DNA from: Oopsacas minuta
Taxonomy: Eukaryota; Animalia; Porifera
DNA: 64,000 nt
Assembly: GCA_024704765.1 (NCBI GenBank)
Contig: JAKMXF010000324.1
Coordinates: forward strand, 62,001 to 126,000
Direction of reading: 5' to 3'
Part shown: positions 22,011 through 36,034 of the stretch, in pieces
Position numbering within the stretch: position 1 is the stretch's first letter
Layout: each line of letters opens with the position of its first letter
Notes under the pieces: model-generated
The model's input: the letters and a program-made list of their open reading frames with translations, nothing else
Told to the model about the DNA's origin: nothing
Database searches by the model: none
Made by a program: the position numbers and the translations under genes

Positions 22011-25000
22011 CTATTTCGTTCCACTACTGTAACGTTCCTAAAAGGTGTGAAAACATGATTAATCATATGATAATTTAAAATACATACAAATGTACTGCTG
22101 TAATATAGCAATCTCATTGGCCAGACTTTAAACGGGCTAAAACATTGGATGGATCATATCACAGGTGCATACCTACGCCCCTGAATGCACCATGTACCAT
22201 CTTATACTGACAACTAAGCCTATCTCAAAACCCACAAATCCTATTGGTCTAAATCACCCAATCAAAACCTACCTTCTTTCCAATGCGTTTCATTTCATCA
22301 CTCAAATCTGCATAATCTAAATCATCTAGCATACACGTAGAAGATGCGTATTCTAAAATTAGCCTCATTGTATCGACACCTTGTTCATAAAGAACCTCCT
22401 GACAATCTCTTGAATTTGTTATAGGCTTTCCTTCATTATTGCTGAGTTTAACTCTACGTAAATGTTGGTTAGGAATGTCTTTAATAAATATCCATTTTAC
22501 ACGGAATTTTCCTTTCCATTTTTCCTAAAAAAGTCAATTAAAAATATGGAAATTATCCGTACAGTCAATTCCTGTTATATCGTAACTCAAGGGACCGTGA
22601 TAATTACTTCGATATGACAGATGATATATATATATATGTTACTTCGATGGTTTGAGACCATATTGTACAATTTCAGACTTCGAGATAACAGGAGTTGACT
22701 GTATACGAATTTTCCCCTCCAACCAGATAACTAAATCCGCCATCCATGGTTAAAACTAATCTATATGTGGGGAAGGCTATTTCTAACATAACAGGAGCCA
22801 ATTCATCCACGCCTTGGTCTTATAAGAACTATTCTATGTGACATAATACGCTACATACCTGTGAGAATATCCCTGTATGTGTATATAGATCAACTTCAGA
22901 AACCATTTCTGCTATACCACAAAAATGACCACTGGCATTCACACTGAAGAACAGATAAATAGGTCTATCTCTTTGCTCACGGAATGCATTATCTAAACGT
23001 TTATTTCCGCTCTCTGTACTCGTCCAGATTTCGTGACGTATTGACTGACGTATGTCTTGCTCTGAGTAACTTTTGATGACAAAGAACCGCGCATCTTTCA
23101 GCGGAAAACCGTCCAAAGTTTTCGGATTGAAATGCCTCTTCAATCTGGCGAGAAGATCTGAGCTATTTGATTGGTTGGAAGATTCACGTGATCTCCGTGT
23201 GTATCTAAAAATAGGTTTAAAAGTGAATAACAGTTTTTAAGGAATGTGAATAAAATAGAAAACTATAATTTGGCAATTACAGTCACGATTTATAGATTTG
23301 TGATAATAAGCAATACATAAACATAATTATTGTGATATAACCTTCAATAGTAAACAAACAAAACGCAGTCAGTCTATGATGTCCATAGTTAAGAGTTCAG
23401 GTGGATAAAAATGCCAACAGTAATTGCCAAAATTTCATACGAACACCAACGGAAGATCAAAATGTGTTCGCTCTATCGGAGTTCGTATTAACGAGGTTCC
23501 ACTATAGATAGTAAACAAACAAATAAACAAATAAACGAACAAATACCTCGATGAGTACATCTGATTATTATCACTATGTGCGCCAGAATACGAACTATCA
23601 GCTGACCCAGATCGCTTCTCTCTTCTATTATTAGTCTGTCTCTCTCTATGAGAGTTTGTTGGGCTTGACCAATGATTTCCGCTGTTTATACTGTGTCTAT
23701 AAATGTCCTGAACATCACCGCCAGTTGGTTGTGTGTAGTACCCCACTCGAAGGGGTATTTCTGAGTACCCGGGGTCGATTGTCCCCTCGGGGGCCTGTGT
23801 AATGTGGTAGGTACGTGAGGGGTCGTGTTGGAACTCTGGATGTACTGGTACCATTAATGGTTGCATTTCGTAATGTGGAGACATTTCTGGTATAATTACC
23901 TGCTGGGGAAGATAAATAAGTAAACAAACATTCAAAGAAAAAATAAACAAGTGAATACAGTCAACTCCTGTTATATCGAAGTAATCATCACGTCCCACAG
24001 AGCTATAAACAGGAGTTGATACGACACAAATGACAAACAAACAAAGTGTTTACCTGTGGAGATATCATTTGTGGAGTAGCAGCATACATCTGTGTATCTC
24101 CTTGTACAGAGAATTGTGGACCATGCATGATAGGTTCTAATGTGAATATTCCGTCACCATACGGCTGAGGGGAGTAGAAGTAATGAGGACCTGGTATTAA
24201 GAATTGTTGTGCGTAGGGAGGCATCATCTAAAGGTATGAAAATAATCATATTAATATACGTAATCATTTTGAGGTGATATAGGGGGCAATAGGACACTTT
24301 GTATAAAATATTTTATCATGTCAAAATCCAATTCGATGCTATACCTCAAGGATGACAATTGATTGGGTAATGAAATAATACAGGAAATATTTCACGCGCC
24401 AAAAGGTAGTAATAACCCACGTTCAAGTGTGAAAAGGCGGGTAAACTCGGCGGCACATAAAACACAACTATCGCGTGTAATTCTAGCGCAAAAAATCGTT
24501 TATATAAAATGCAGCGGCTATATAAGCACACGTTAACAACCATACCTGTTGAATGGAATCTTGTGAAGCTAAGGACTCCATAGAACTGTGATGAGATCCT
24601 GAATAGTAGTACGGAGATCTGTTCATTATATCTTGAGGGTAGCAGTACTGTTCCTGTGAATTGTAGCCTACCAATTTCATAGATTATAGGCCTAATTATC
24701 AACCAATAAGATTCTAGTGTTGATGAACAAAGGACTGAGAAAGTATATATAAATCAGTAGGCATTCATTTCTATAAATTCGTAAATTTTAAGTTTTCATA
24801 AAAGTCGAACGCGTAAATATTCTAATCTCGCTACGGTAAATTCCACAAGAATCAAAAACTATGAATACTCAGCCAAAAATTGGTACGAATAGTCCTTAGT
24901 TGGTATTTAAACTAATAAAAGTATTCGAAGATAATACAAATTCAATGAATAGTCAGTAATATGATAAATTGACAAATAATGATAGAGATATAATAGCAGT

Positions 25001-25843
25001 AGCTTTGAAAGCCGTCAAAAGTGATATAATGCTTAGAGATAGTCAGTAAGGGTCACGTATTTGTCAGCCCATAATTATACTCCAAGGGGCCAAACCTGTC
25101 CAATTGCACAATATTCTATGAACCAATAGCCATACTGTATATACAAGTCCCATGATCAAAGTTGAATTTGCTAGAATTGTCTGAAGTTTTGAAAAAGTGG
25201 AAATGCGGAAATTCTCCCAAAGTTCACATTCCATGGCACAAAAGTATTTTATCAAACAAACACGAAATTCGACTGATTGTTTGAGAAAATTATTACATTT
25301 TGGGTACATATAAAGTTCAATAGTATGCGAATACTAATATGATATCATAAGAAGCAACATTGTGCACTAAAAATATAATATTCTAAATATAAATACGGAT
25401 TCTGTTTCACTTGTATAGGAATTATTGCGGGCAGATTAAATAGTCTACCATAATTTCTAAAGCACCATACTATCAAAATTTGTCACAGATGTATGTCAAA
25501 TCACTATCACTTGGGTAGTGGTTCACAACCTTTTCATCCATGCACCCCTTAACACTGTGGACCACCAAGGCGTAAGTGGCCTAAGGATCCGAGCGACTGG
25601 AACTTGTGCTCTCCTCCCCCAAATTCACACGACGCGGTAAATACTACATACACTGTAAGGTGTATAATTCCCCAATTAACGAGATTTCCACTGGCTCTAT
25701 TAAGCGATTACTAAAATTAACTCACAGTATCTGTGATATGTAATATCAGCGTTGTTGTGTGTAGAATCGGGAGAGCTCTCCTTTGAGCTACGGGATGGAC
25801 TGGATGAGTTCTGAGGTGGTGAGCTAGGCTCAGATGCCCCAGA
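22011..25843 (-). CDS. YTHDF: YTH-domain m6A reader of YTHDF type; first and last exons uncertain
   Basis: Phase-consistent exons 25843-25726, 24667-24546, 24227-24054, 23902-23547, 23162-22859, 22524-22273. P/Q/Y-rich N-terminus and RFFVIKSYSEQDI...IWTSTESGNKRL...SVNASGHFCG...KWKGKFRVKW...NSRDCQE. Confidence 0.88.
22560..22703. mobile_element. MITE family A (TA-flanked CAGTCAACTCC termini, Tc1/mariner-like), representative copy
   Basis: tacagtcaattcctg...caggagttgactgta. Shared core ctcaagggaccgtgataattact recurs at about 1711-1856, 10689-10856, 18340-18420, 20774-20937, 23956-24021, 38697-38778, 45350-45410, 58281-58486, 58605-58766, 61762-61900. Confidence 0.85.
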
Positions 25844-27719
25844 CTACAAATAGAAATAATTACAACAATTATAACACTCATTTGTATATAGAAATCCGAA
25901 TTTTCGTTCCATAAATACAGAAGAACCTGCTCCCAACAAGTGTCGGTTTATGCTGGTTCCACTGCTTATTAAATCCACAATAATACACCCTTTATGATCG
26001 ACAAAAACACCTTGAAACAAAGTGTCGGCATCCGAATATATATCGGCACAAACCCACTGCCATTGGGAAGCTCAATAATATTTCTATCAAATTCACTTTC
26101 ATATATCTCATATAATTTCTAAGAAATTTGATTATGCAATTAGGAATGGCCAATTGGTATGCCAACTAAATTCAAATTCCTCAAAATTCCTATTTCAATC
26201 AAATCAAAGCAAATATCCAATTTAATTTGGATGCGCAATTCACTTGAAAAATGACCTTTGCGTGTCTAAATATAATTATCCCTAGAAACCAATTAGCCAA
26301 ATGGAATTTGTAATGAGATATCAAGAGATATTTATCCATTAATCACAATATGGAACCACAATAACTTAGTGTGGGATTATACACATATTTCCCGCCCTCA
26401 AAAACTATGTGCCTGGCACTATAGATACAGTGTGTGTAAATTCCACGACAGAGATCACGCAATAGAAAGCATGATCAAATCAAGGTGGATGCATTAGGTA
26501 ATACTGCATTTATGTTGTTGTAAGCATTGTTGAGAATCTAGTTGCCAAGGTAGAGTTCCCGCTCTTACGCGCCTAAATTTAGAATTTTGTAATATTGATA
26601 TATCGTAGAAAATGGCGCATCGAAAATATACGCGCCAAAATAACAATTTGTGCGCCTTCGTCATAACTAATATTTTAATTATTTTCTGAAACAGAATGGA
26701 AATGCGGCTGTCACACTTCGCATACCACTCACCTCCCTTGTAGCGTTTGATCGGCCCCTTTTCAAAAAAGTGAATAATTTTCAATTTAGTTCCTATTCAT
26801 TTCCAGTTGGCCCAAATTCATTAATTTGCATTTCAAACTGATTCCAATACAAATGCTAACATGCAAGAAACCTGAATAATTCCTAAGTATAATCTCAATA
26901 GTAATTCCAGTGAATTTGGTTAGTAATCAAACGAAGTGATATATTGAGTATACTTGTTACCACAATGGTAACGATTGCCCGAATTTGTCCAAATAAATTC
27001 CGGGAAATGACCGCTCCAACGGCGAACACTTTCCCGACAACATCGGAATGTAGAAATGGATCAAATTGTACCTCCAGAGGGGACCGTATATCGTAATAAG
27101 TAATAGGTTGTGACTATATGACAAATAAAGCTGATGTTGCAATAATGACTCTAAAACATTGATCGTATCGTTTCGATTGCATAAAACCTATCCAATTATG
27201 ACAAATTATACTTGTAAGAATGCTGAATTTTAGACGAATTCATTTTCGTATGTGGCACAACTTCACGCTTTCGAGAGATCATGTCAAAATAAGTAATTCC
27301 AATTGACTTAATATAAATCGAGAAGTCAAAAAACTTCAACTAATATCCTTAAAAGTAATTGAATGGAAATTGTATATCAATATTCTCCAAATTTTTTCGT
27401 GTATACGAAACTAAATATCTTAGATATTCGGTAACCATAGCAACAGACATATCGTAGAGTATTTCCGCCAAACAGCTACATCCAGTGCCCATCTGTGGAT
27501 GAGAGAAAACCGAATGTAATTTATACCTTTTGCCGCCCAAAATATATAAGTTTTAGGCGCGTAGGAGCGGGGTTTTGAATCCGTTTTGCATATTTATATT
27601 TTTTCCCTGTCAGGCCAAGAAATGTTCACAATTAGTTCAAATCGGCGCATTTTTGAAATGAAAATATATAATTCCTTCGATATATAGAAATTTTCATGCT
27701 AAACGGCTGAATAGGTCTA

Positions 27720-27861
27720 GGACGTAACTAGCATTGAGGCAGAGGAGGCAGTTGCCCTCCTCTCGTTTTCGGACAATGCCTTATCTCCCTGTTGTAATCG
27801 CCATTATATTGAGGCAAATATCCATCCTTGCCTCCTCGCTCTGAGATCTCTAGTTACGCCC
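27720..27861. mobile_element. GC-rich MITE with Harbinger-like termini
   Basis: ggacgtaactag...ctagttacgccc inverted termini; internal gaggca/tgcctc inverted motifs. Confidence 0.6.
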
Positions 27862-28820
27862 CGGTTGGTTCATAAAACACTCACCCGAATCCTCCTTGAA
27901 GCTCTGCTTTCAAGTTGTGACTTAGTGGAATTACTCATTTTTAGAAAAAACACAAAAATAAGACAAATTGAAACCTAAATAAAATAACCTAGAAAAGTAA
28001 CATTTTCCTAAATATACTTAATTATCAAAATGTATCTTATTTGATATCAAAAAGTATATGATTACACCTATATTTGAGAATATATAGAAGTGTATGGAAT
28101 AAACTTCAAGCCTATTGTTTCAGTTACTGTGGGTTATTATATGCAATTTGATCAGGGATATATATATCCTCAGTTATATTAATATCTCACCATTAATTAT
28201 TTGGAATGTTGTGCTAACGAGTGTTACATAAATTACCTACATTTGACCGCCTCCCCTTGGTAGCGTAAGGAAGCATTTGAACGGCCTCTAATTCATGAAG
28301 TTATCACAGGCAATTTTTTCACTCATGGGTATACTCATAGTTAGTTTAATATCAGAAAGGTGATGAACAATCTCTAGTGGCCAGTTTTGCCTAGCTGAAA
28401 TATTGCAATGCATTTGAAGTTTGTGAAATAATAATAATAATAAAATTCGTGCGGTACAAATTTGATGTGACTAATCGAGCTGAGATTTGGAAAAGAAGCT
28501 AACAGTCCTACAAGCATTTGCAAAACTATACTACATACAGTGTATGTGATTGTCGGTTATAAGAACATGCCGGATATAAGCACCATCCTTTGGAAACCGG
28601 TTCTCATATATTCCTGCATATTTATACCGGTTATAAGAACATGTATTGCTACTCCCAAGGGTGTTCTTATAGCCAGCACACACTATATTCATACAACATC
28701 CTCATGTTGTAATTACAGAGAAACAAACTTGCTCTGTAATAAGATATCATAGCACATGATTTCCTATATATAATATTATGAGTAAAGGCCAAACTTAAAT
28801 TATCATTTCCATTTTTATAA

Positions 28821-30524
28821 ATGCAATTCGAAATGTCTACTAAGACATATGGAACTATCGAATTTCCTGTACTTAACACTCAAAATTTGGGACTGAAAAT
28901 TAGAAATTCGAGATGGTTTTTACGATGTTGCAATTATATATACAGATTTCCATTTCCTCCAACTTATGGACAATTCCCAAGTGTGAAAATCGTCTTCATT
29001 ATCCTATTCCTCCATCGATTACATTTCTATTCTATTTTCAATTTCATTGACCATCTTTCATTAATTCGGGCCGGTCGCACTGAAATAAGTGAATACCCCA
29101 CGATCACGTCTCAAGTAGTGGTAAGTGCGTCCATTTTATTAGCGCCATTTCCTGGCCTGATTGCCGATAAATATTTTGCCCGCACTCAAGTGATTTCATT
29201 TTGTCTTCTTTTATCATTCACCGGCTCAACAATACAATCAATGTTTCACACCGTATATGAACTTGATGTCATACCAGTTGCAGAGCCGATATACTATATA
29301 ATACACATAATTGCGATTGTTATGTTGATACTGGGATCATCTGGAATATTCGCGTTACTCCTACCGGTCGGTTTGGACCAAATGGAAGGGGCAGGTGAAT
29401 CTAAACTGAAATCGTATTTCAATTGGCATTATTGGGTAGGAAATTTCGGGTATTTATTTGCATTCGGACGGTATATTATATATACCCCTTCAGAGGATGA
29501 TCGCCTTCAGCTCCTGGGAAGTTCATATTTAGCAACTTTTTCAATATTTCTTGCAATAATTGTCCTCAAATTCTCGCTAAATCTCAACCTACTTCAATTG
29601 AATCGACCAGGAGGGACACCAATTAGACAAATTTCTGGAGTTTTATGCAATGGATTTAAGAATAAACGTAAACACAAATCTAAATACACAAAGTTAAGCC
29701 TATTCGATTATGCTGCCAACGAAAATGGCGGGAAATTCAATTATGAGGAAGTATTCGATGTCAAAACATTCTTCAAAATTCTTTTTGTGATCGTTAACAT
29801 GACCTGGTACTTTGGAATTTACAATTTACTCAACACAGAATTTCCAGAACAGGGACGAAAAATATCCTGTGCAAAAGACAAATACGTAGTTTCTTTCGTT
29901 ATTTCATTTGGTGACTGTGTCGTGGTTGCAACTGTTCTACCAATTTTCGAGTTGATTCGCTGGAAATTCAATAAAATAGGATTCAGTAAAATTCTTTATA
30001 AATTTCAATTTGGAGTTATATGTGGATTTGTGGCAGTATTTTGTGCTTGGGTCATAAATATTAGTCTTTACGCCGAAGAATTTATTTGCACACAAAGAAA
30101 AGGTAATAACTCTTACTTCATTCCTCATCTGATACGGATTCTCCCACAAACGATCTTCATTGGTCTATCAGAATGTCTCGCGTGGGTCGGAGCGATGGAA
30201 TTTGTATATGCCCAATCACCGCATCATATGAAAGGATTCATATTCGGGATTCTACAGTCCGTAACTGGCATTGGTTGGTTCATTCCGAACACTATTCGTT
30301 TTATTCTATATGAGGCAAGCGATTGCATAAATTCATGTGAAACATGCGCAGTGCATTTTAATCGGTGCTTCGATCAAACTACAAATGACTATATTTACTA
30401 CACAATTTTCCTTGGAATTTCGTTGGTGTATGTTGTTGTGTTTTGGGTCATAACATGTCTCTATAAGAGGAGAGAGAGACAAAAGATTGAGCAGTGGCCA
30501 GAAGGAAGCCAGTTTTTCCACTAA
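28821..30524 (+). CDS. SLC15/POT (PTR2) family MFS peptide/nitrate transporter-like protein
   Basis: Multi-TM ORF with PFPGLIADKYF, GLDQM, SYFNWHYWVGNFG, GAMEFVYAQSPHHMKG. The N-terminus may include an unrecognised intron. Confidence 0.85.
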   Translation: MQFEMSTKTYGTIEFPVLNTQNLGLKIRNSRWFLRCCNYIYRFPFPPTYGQFPSVKIVFIILFLHRLHFYSIFNFIDHLSLIRAGRTEISEYPTITSQVVVSASILLAPFPGLIADKYFARTQVISFCLLLSFTGSTIQSMFHTVYELDVIPVAEPIYYIIHIIAIVMLILGSSGIFALLLPVGLDQMEGAGESKLKSYFNWHYWVGNFGYLFAFGRYIIYTPSEDDRLQLLGSSYLATFSIFLAIIVLKFSLNLNLLQLNRPGGTPIRQISGVLCNGFKNKRKHKSKYTKLSLFDYAANENGGKFNYEEVFDVKTFFKILFVIVNMTWYFGIYNLLNTEFPEQGRKISCAKDKYVVSFVISFGDCVVVATVLPIFELIRWKFNKIGFSKILYKFQFGVICGFVAVFCAWVINISLYAEEFICTQRKGNNSYFIPHLIRILPQTIFIGLSECLAWVGAMEFVYAQSPHHMKGFIFGILQSVTGIGWFIPNTIRFILYEASDCINSCETCAVHFNRCFDQTTNDYIYYTIFLGISLVYVVVFWVITCLYKRRERQKIEQWPEGSQFFH

Positions 30525-30709
30525 ACAAATATATGTGTATATTTATTGTAAATATTTGTAAACAATAATGTATTTTGTATTCAATTAGAGTTGCAACCAT
30601 TTTGTGTAAAGAATTTGTATTTTTGGTATTTATTAAAATACCACAATAAATCAATACAAAAGTTTTGTATACTTTTTGTAATGTTGCGAAAATCGTCGAA
30701 TCTTTGCAA

Positions 30710-31237
30710 ATGTATCTCAACAAAATTGCCCGTCCACCAATCTTATTTCAATGTCTACGAAATCCGAAACCTTTGGCACAAATAAAACTCCCCTCTTCGC
30801 ACTTCACACAAAGAAGACCGTTCGCCATTGAGATTCCTCAAAAACTAAAAGCACCAAAAAATACTAAATTCACTAAAACGAGTGAATGGGTACTAAGAAG
30901 TGAAAATGATAAGAATACTGTCACTATTGGCATCACTAACTATGCACAAGTACAGCTGGGAGATTTAGTCTATGCGGAATTAGTTGATAAGGGCAGTAAT
31001 TTGAAAAAGGGTGATGTACTTTGTCTGTTGGAAAGTGTCAAAGCTGCCTCAGAAGTTTACCTACCATTCCCTGGGGAAGTTCTCGAAGCGAACAAGTTGG
31101 TTGAAGAAAAACCAGAGACTATTAACAAATCGCCATACGAAGATGGTTGGATAATAAAGCTGAAAATCTCTGAAGATGAATCAATGACAGATTTGATGAG
31201 TGAAGATCAGTACGAAGAATTCCTCGATAAGAATTAG
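30710..31237 (+). CDS. GCSH: Glycine cleavage system H protein, mitochondrial precursor
   Basis: TIGITNYAQVQLGDLVYAEL, lipoyl-Lys motif ESVKAASEV, INKSPYEDGW. Basic transit-like N-terminus from ATG 30710. Confidence 0.95.
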   Translation: MYLNKIARPPILFQCLRNPKPLAQIKLPSSHFTQRRPFAIEIPQKLKAPKNTKFTKTSEWVLRSENDKNTVTIGITNYAQVQLGDLVYAELVDKGSNLKKGDVLCLLESVKAASEVYLPFPGEVLEANKLVEEKPETINKSPYEDGWIIKLKISEDESMTDLMSEDQYEEFLDKN

Positions 31238-31809
31238 TTATTTCCTGTAATTACATATAGAACCTCATTACGTAGTTACAATTCATAAATATATCATAAT
31301 AACAGGATATTGACATTTTGCGGGGTATAGCAGTGGGTAAAACTTCCTTTTCTTATTGTTTGGACTGCCCTAAAATGAATGTGGCATTCAGAGATTCGCC
31401 GTGTGCAGGCCGCAACCGAATTTCCCGATAATTAGCCAAACACAATTTGCAATTCTAGTAGACATTCACTATATGTGTTGATGCCCGCAGAACTAGCTTT
31501 TCTCGTATTTCCAAACAAAATTCATTGAAATTACAAGACTCATGTTTCCAACCAAAATTAATTGTTAGCGAAAGGATGTGGTTTAATTGAAATTACAAGA
31601 CCACATCCTTTTTGCAAACGAGCCATTCGCTCAATGATTTGATAATAGTTCCAGTTTGATGTGGAATTCACTTTTGCAAGATTCATTACTTTCCATTTTA
31701 CAATATTGAAAGATCAAATTACTGTTGTAAATTTGAGTTGGTATAGGCAACTATCGCAAGTATATAATCCTTTTAATAACACATTAGTGTATATTTTGTA
31801 TATTCTAAA

Positions 31810-34800
31810 ATGGTGAATGTATTCATACTTCTGAATCTTGTTTTAATAATAATACAAACAACAGTATCAGGTAAACAACTTTAAATAACAAAATTCGGAT
31901 TGGCGAGTGTGTGTGTTGCATACTTGCCAACCTGAGTGAAAGGAAACGCGGGACTTAAGATACTAATCTAGCGGGACATTTAAGGTTTCGGAAAAGTTTT
32001 GGCGGGACATTACCCTCAACACATTTCCGAAAAGCTGGACTGTTGGCAAGTATGATGTTGTAGATATCATATTAGCACTAGCTCTGAATTGTTGGGTATA
32101 TTTATCTATAATATAATGTAGGTCAAGGGTATACTACTGTGTGTGATAATAAAGTGCAAACTAATGAAAATGATACTGGTGGAATATGCTATGAAGTGTA
32201 TACAGGGCAGAATTACACCTGGGATTTTGCTAATACTCAGTGTACAGATAATGGAGGAAGATTAGCTAAAATATTTAATGAGGAAATCAGCATTGAGATA
32301 AATAGGATTATCCAAAGAAATTCATCAACCACACCAATTCGTTACTGGATTGGATTGAGTAGAGAGAATAGTACCTCAGTGTTCCAATGGAGTGATGGAA
32401 CCAGTTTAGGCTATGAGAATTGGAGGGATAATCATCCTTTGGGTGGAAATAATTGTGTTAGTGTCCGCGACAACAGTCGAGATTGGGTATCAAGCAATTG
32501 TTCCGCTGAATTATCTTACATTTGTGAGAAAGGTAAGTCTATTACTGTAGATGTTATTATTCTTACTTATTCCTTCAAAAATTCACATTTTGGGAATACT
32601 TTCTTCAATTTTTGATGTTATATTATATTCCACTTGTTTTATAGTTTCATTATGAACCTACTCATTCTAGAGATAAATTCCGTTGGTTACCATAGGTAAC
32701 CAGGTATAGAAATGTGTCGACCAAAACCACTTAATAAATGCTATTTTTAGATGTGTGTGAAGGTTGGACAGTCAGAAATGGTATTTGTTATAAGAATTTT
32801 AATCAGCGGATGCCGGCAGATGGAGCAGAAATATTCTGTCAATCACAATCTAACTCCTATTTAGCAGAAATACCTAACATATTTGTTAATAATATTATAC
32901 TTGATATTATTGGAGGTAATCATCATCACATTGGATTGAGGACTAATACCACTAATTACTATTGGAAAATTGGAGACTTTCCATTAGGAAGCGAAATGCC
33001 ATCTAGTAGTGATATGAATAGGTTTGGGATTATTGGAAGAGGTAGTGAAGATGAATGGGACCTGGTGAACTCAAATGATAATGAAGGAGTCGTCTGTATG
33101 ATAGGTAAGGATATATACAGGATAAACCGGACATTCTTAACACATTATTTCCACCAAAAATATTTAAGTCTGAAGTATACAAAAACTCGTTATTTATAAT
33201 TTCGAACTTGACAAAGAATAGTGTCCACAGGTATTTATAGAACATATTTATAGGTCCTCTAACGCTAGAAGCTCCCCCCCTGATGTGTAATAACACACCA
33301 GATGATACTCTTGTATATGAAGGTGTTTGTTATACTAGAATTCTAACACATTCTGAAAATCTTGATATAGCAACTTTAACATGTAATAGCTATAATGGAA
33401 GCTTGTATACATTTGTTGATGATACAGTGAATGTAGAACTAAGAACAAGATTTGGTTCTGGAAGTAATCTTAGGATACAGAATCCTGGTGAGTACGGCAG
33501 CTACACATCACAAGTGGGATACTTCAACTTGTATACTACACGGCTAGATCCAAGCTATCCAAATAATCCAGATTGTAGAAGTATAGTTGATAATGGAAAT
33601 ATAGAAGAAAGTTCGAGCTGTGGTAATTCAGTTACCTACATCTGCATGAGTGGTTAGTTTCAGTTTCAGAATACATGTACACTCGTAAACATAAATACAA
33701 TATCAATACAGTAGACTACAATTAATTTTGACGCGTTTGTACAAGCATATGTGTCTCGATTAAGCTGAGCCTATTGTATATCATTTCATGAATCTCAGAT
33801 TGAGACAAGACGAATCCTACCAACTTTTGTCACATCAATCATTAGACAGAGCCCGAATTTCCCCTGAACTTTGCGTAAAATCACTGGTCGCTACATTCGC
33901 TCGCCCAGAAATTCAGTTTATGCCTTCACGTACTTAACTCGCAATGTAATCAACAAAAATCCAACAATGTAATACTATAAATTGTGTGTCAGAAGGTTCT
34001 ATGTGAAATCCCTAGAGGCCTGAACGGTTTGCAGGTATGCAATACATAATAGAACATTTCCTTTAGCTGAAGTAACACCTCCAACAGTTACTCCCATTAT
34101 CTCTACTATTCCAGATGACTATAGTTATACATTTCCCTGTGAGAATGTAATAGCAAACATAGACAATATTGGAGGAATATGCTACGAGGCATTCAGTGGA
34201 AATTTGACCTGGAATGAAGCTAATGCTACTTGTACAGCCAATGGAGGAAGATTAGCTAAGATATTGGATAATGCAATGAGAAATGAGGTGTATGAGATTA
34301 CCCAAGACACTAATGATGATTACTGGATTGGATTGAATAGGGAAAACAATACAGAGTTTAAATGGAGTGATGGAACCAGTTTAGACTATCGGAATTGGAA
34401 TAGTGATGAACCGATGGATGGAAGTAATTGTGCTAGTGTCAGTAAAGACAGTAGAAGGTGGTTCTCTATGGATTGTGCTGCTAATTTATCTTACATTTGT
34501 GAGAGAGGTAAGTTGTGTGAATTTTGTTGATATTTATCAAACATAGAATCTATGAATTAATACATGTACTATCAATATTGCATATTCTGTAGTGATAATT
34601 AAGTCAAGAGAGCGGGGCGGTGAATTTATGTTTGAACAAGGTTCAGAGGTGGATTGGGGATTGAAAACTGCCCTGGACAATAGTCTTAATCCTAAGACGG
34701 TTCGCCAATCCACCAGCCCACGGTATTGTTTGGTCGTCAATTGAAATGTCATGTCTTCACTCTGCGGGCCATGCATTAGTATATTGAAAATTGCATCGGT

Positions 34801-36000
34801 ATGGGTGTAATTTCATATTTCTTGTGTATAATTCTATATTTTACAGATGTGTGTCAAGGTTGGAGAGTATATAACGGTGTCTGTTATAAGAAGTTTGATT
34901 CAAATACCAGCTGGGTAGAATCTGTGGAATATTGTGCAAGACATTCAGCTTATTTAGCAGAAATACCGGATATTCGTGTGAATAATATTATTAATAGTGT
35001 ATTAATTGGGAGTGATGATGAATGCTATATCGGTTTGCATACACATTCAGGCATTCTCTCCTGGAGAATTGGAAACTTTCCAATTTCAATTCCAAATATT
35101 ACCAGAGATACTATGCGATATGGGAGTATATCAAGACCTGGTATTTGGAGTTTGAGTAAGGGAGAAGAAAGAAGATGTGTTGTGTGTATGAGAGGTGAGT
35201 AAGTGCTATAATTTGCTTAATTAACAAATTCTTTTGTTACATTCTCAAGCGTAAAAGTGTGAAATATTGAAGAAATGTCAATTTTCATACATTTACATAA
35301 TGTCACGTAATCACATTTAAACGCCAAGACGATATTTTTAACGATCTCGACACCTAAACCATCCATACCCGACACAAACACCTTTGATTGTGCCATTTTC
35401 TTCATAGCATTGTCGCCTAGCACATAACGCTGTCTGCTGTATAAAAAACCGTCAATTTCCATCGTTTGTAAAATTTGAAGTTGCCATTTGTGGTTGATAT
35501 GGTCTCATACTCGACATCACAATAATGTATTCTATTACTATTCATTCATATAGGTCCTATTCGAGAAGAATATAACACTCAAAGGTGTTCAAACACAGAT
35601 TTAGGTTTCATTGTACACGAGGGTAGCTGTTATGTAAGACGTGTATTTGCACCCATCAATCTTAAACTAGCAATTTTACAGTGTCATTACTTTGATGGAA
35701 CTTTATACAGATTTGATATTCCTGACTTGAATACAAAGTATCATAACAGATATGTTCTACAAGATTCAACCGTTCCAGACGGTTCATTTATTCAGATTCA
35801 GACACCTAATCAGTATCCAGATGCTTATGAACAAGTTGGATACTTTAACTTGTTAGCAACTGTGATACAAACTAACAACACAGGATTGATGTGTAATTCA
35901 ATAATGGCAGATGGTTCTCTCACAAATACATCCTCATGCAATAATAGTGTTGTTTATTACTCCTGCAAAACAGGTAAACTCTAGCTATTGAATCAGATAA

Positions 36001-36034
<34 letters not shown>

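Noticed and set aside
21475-22117. Short minus-strand ORFs as further YTH exons or a separate gene
   Set aside because: The plausible splice paths terminate by about 22011-22025 and there is no motif support; left unassigned.
26494-27540. Short ORFs between YTH and SLC15
   Set aside because: No motifs or convincing splice chain; they partly overlap GCGC-core repeats.
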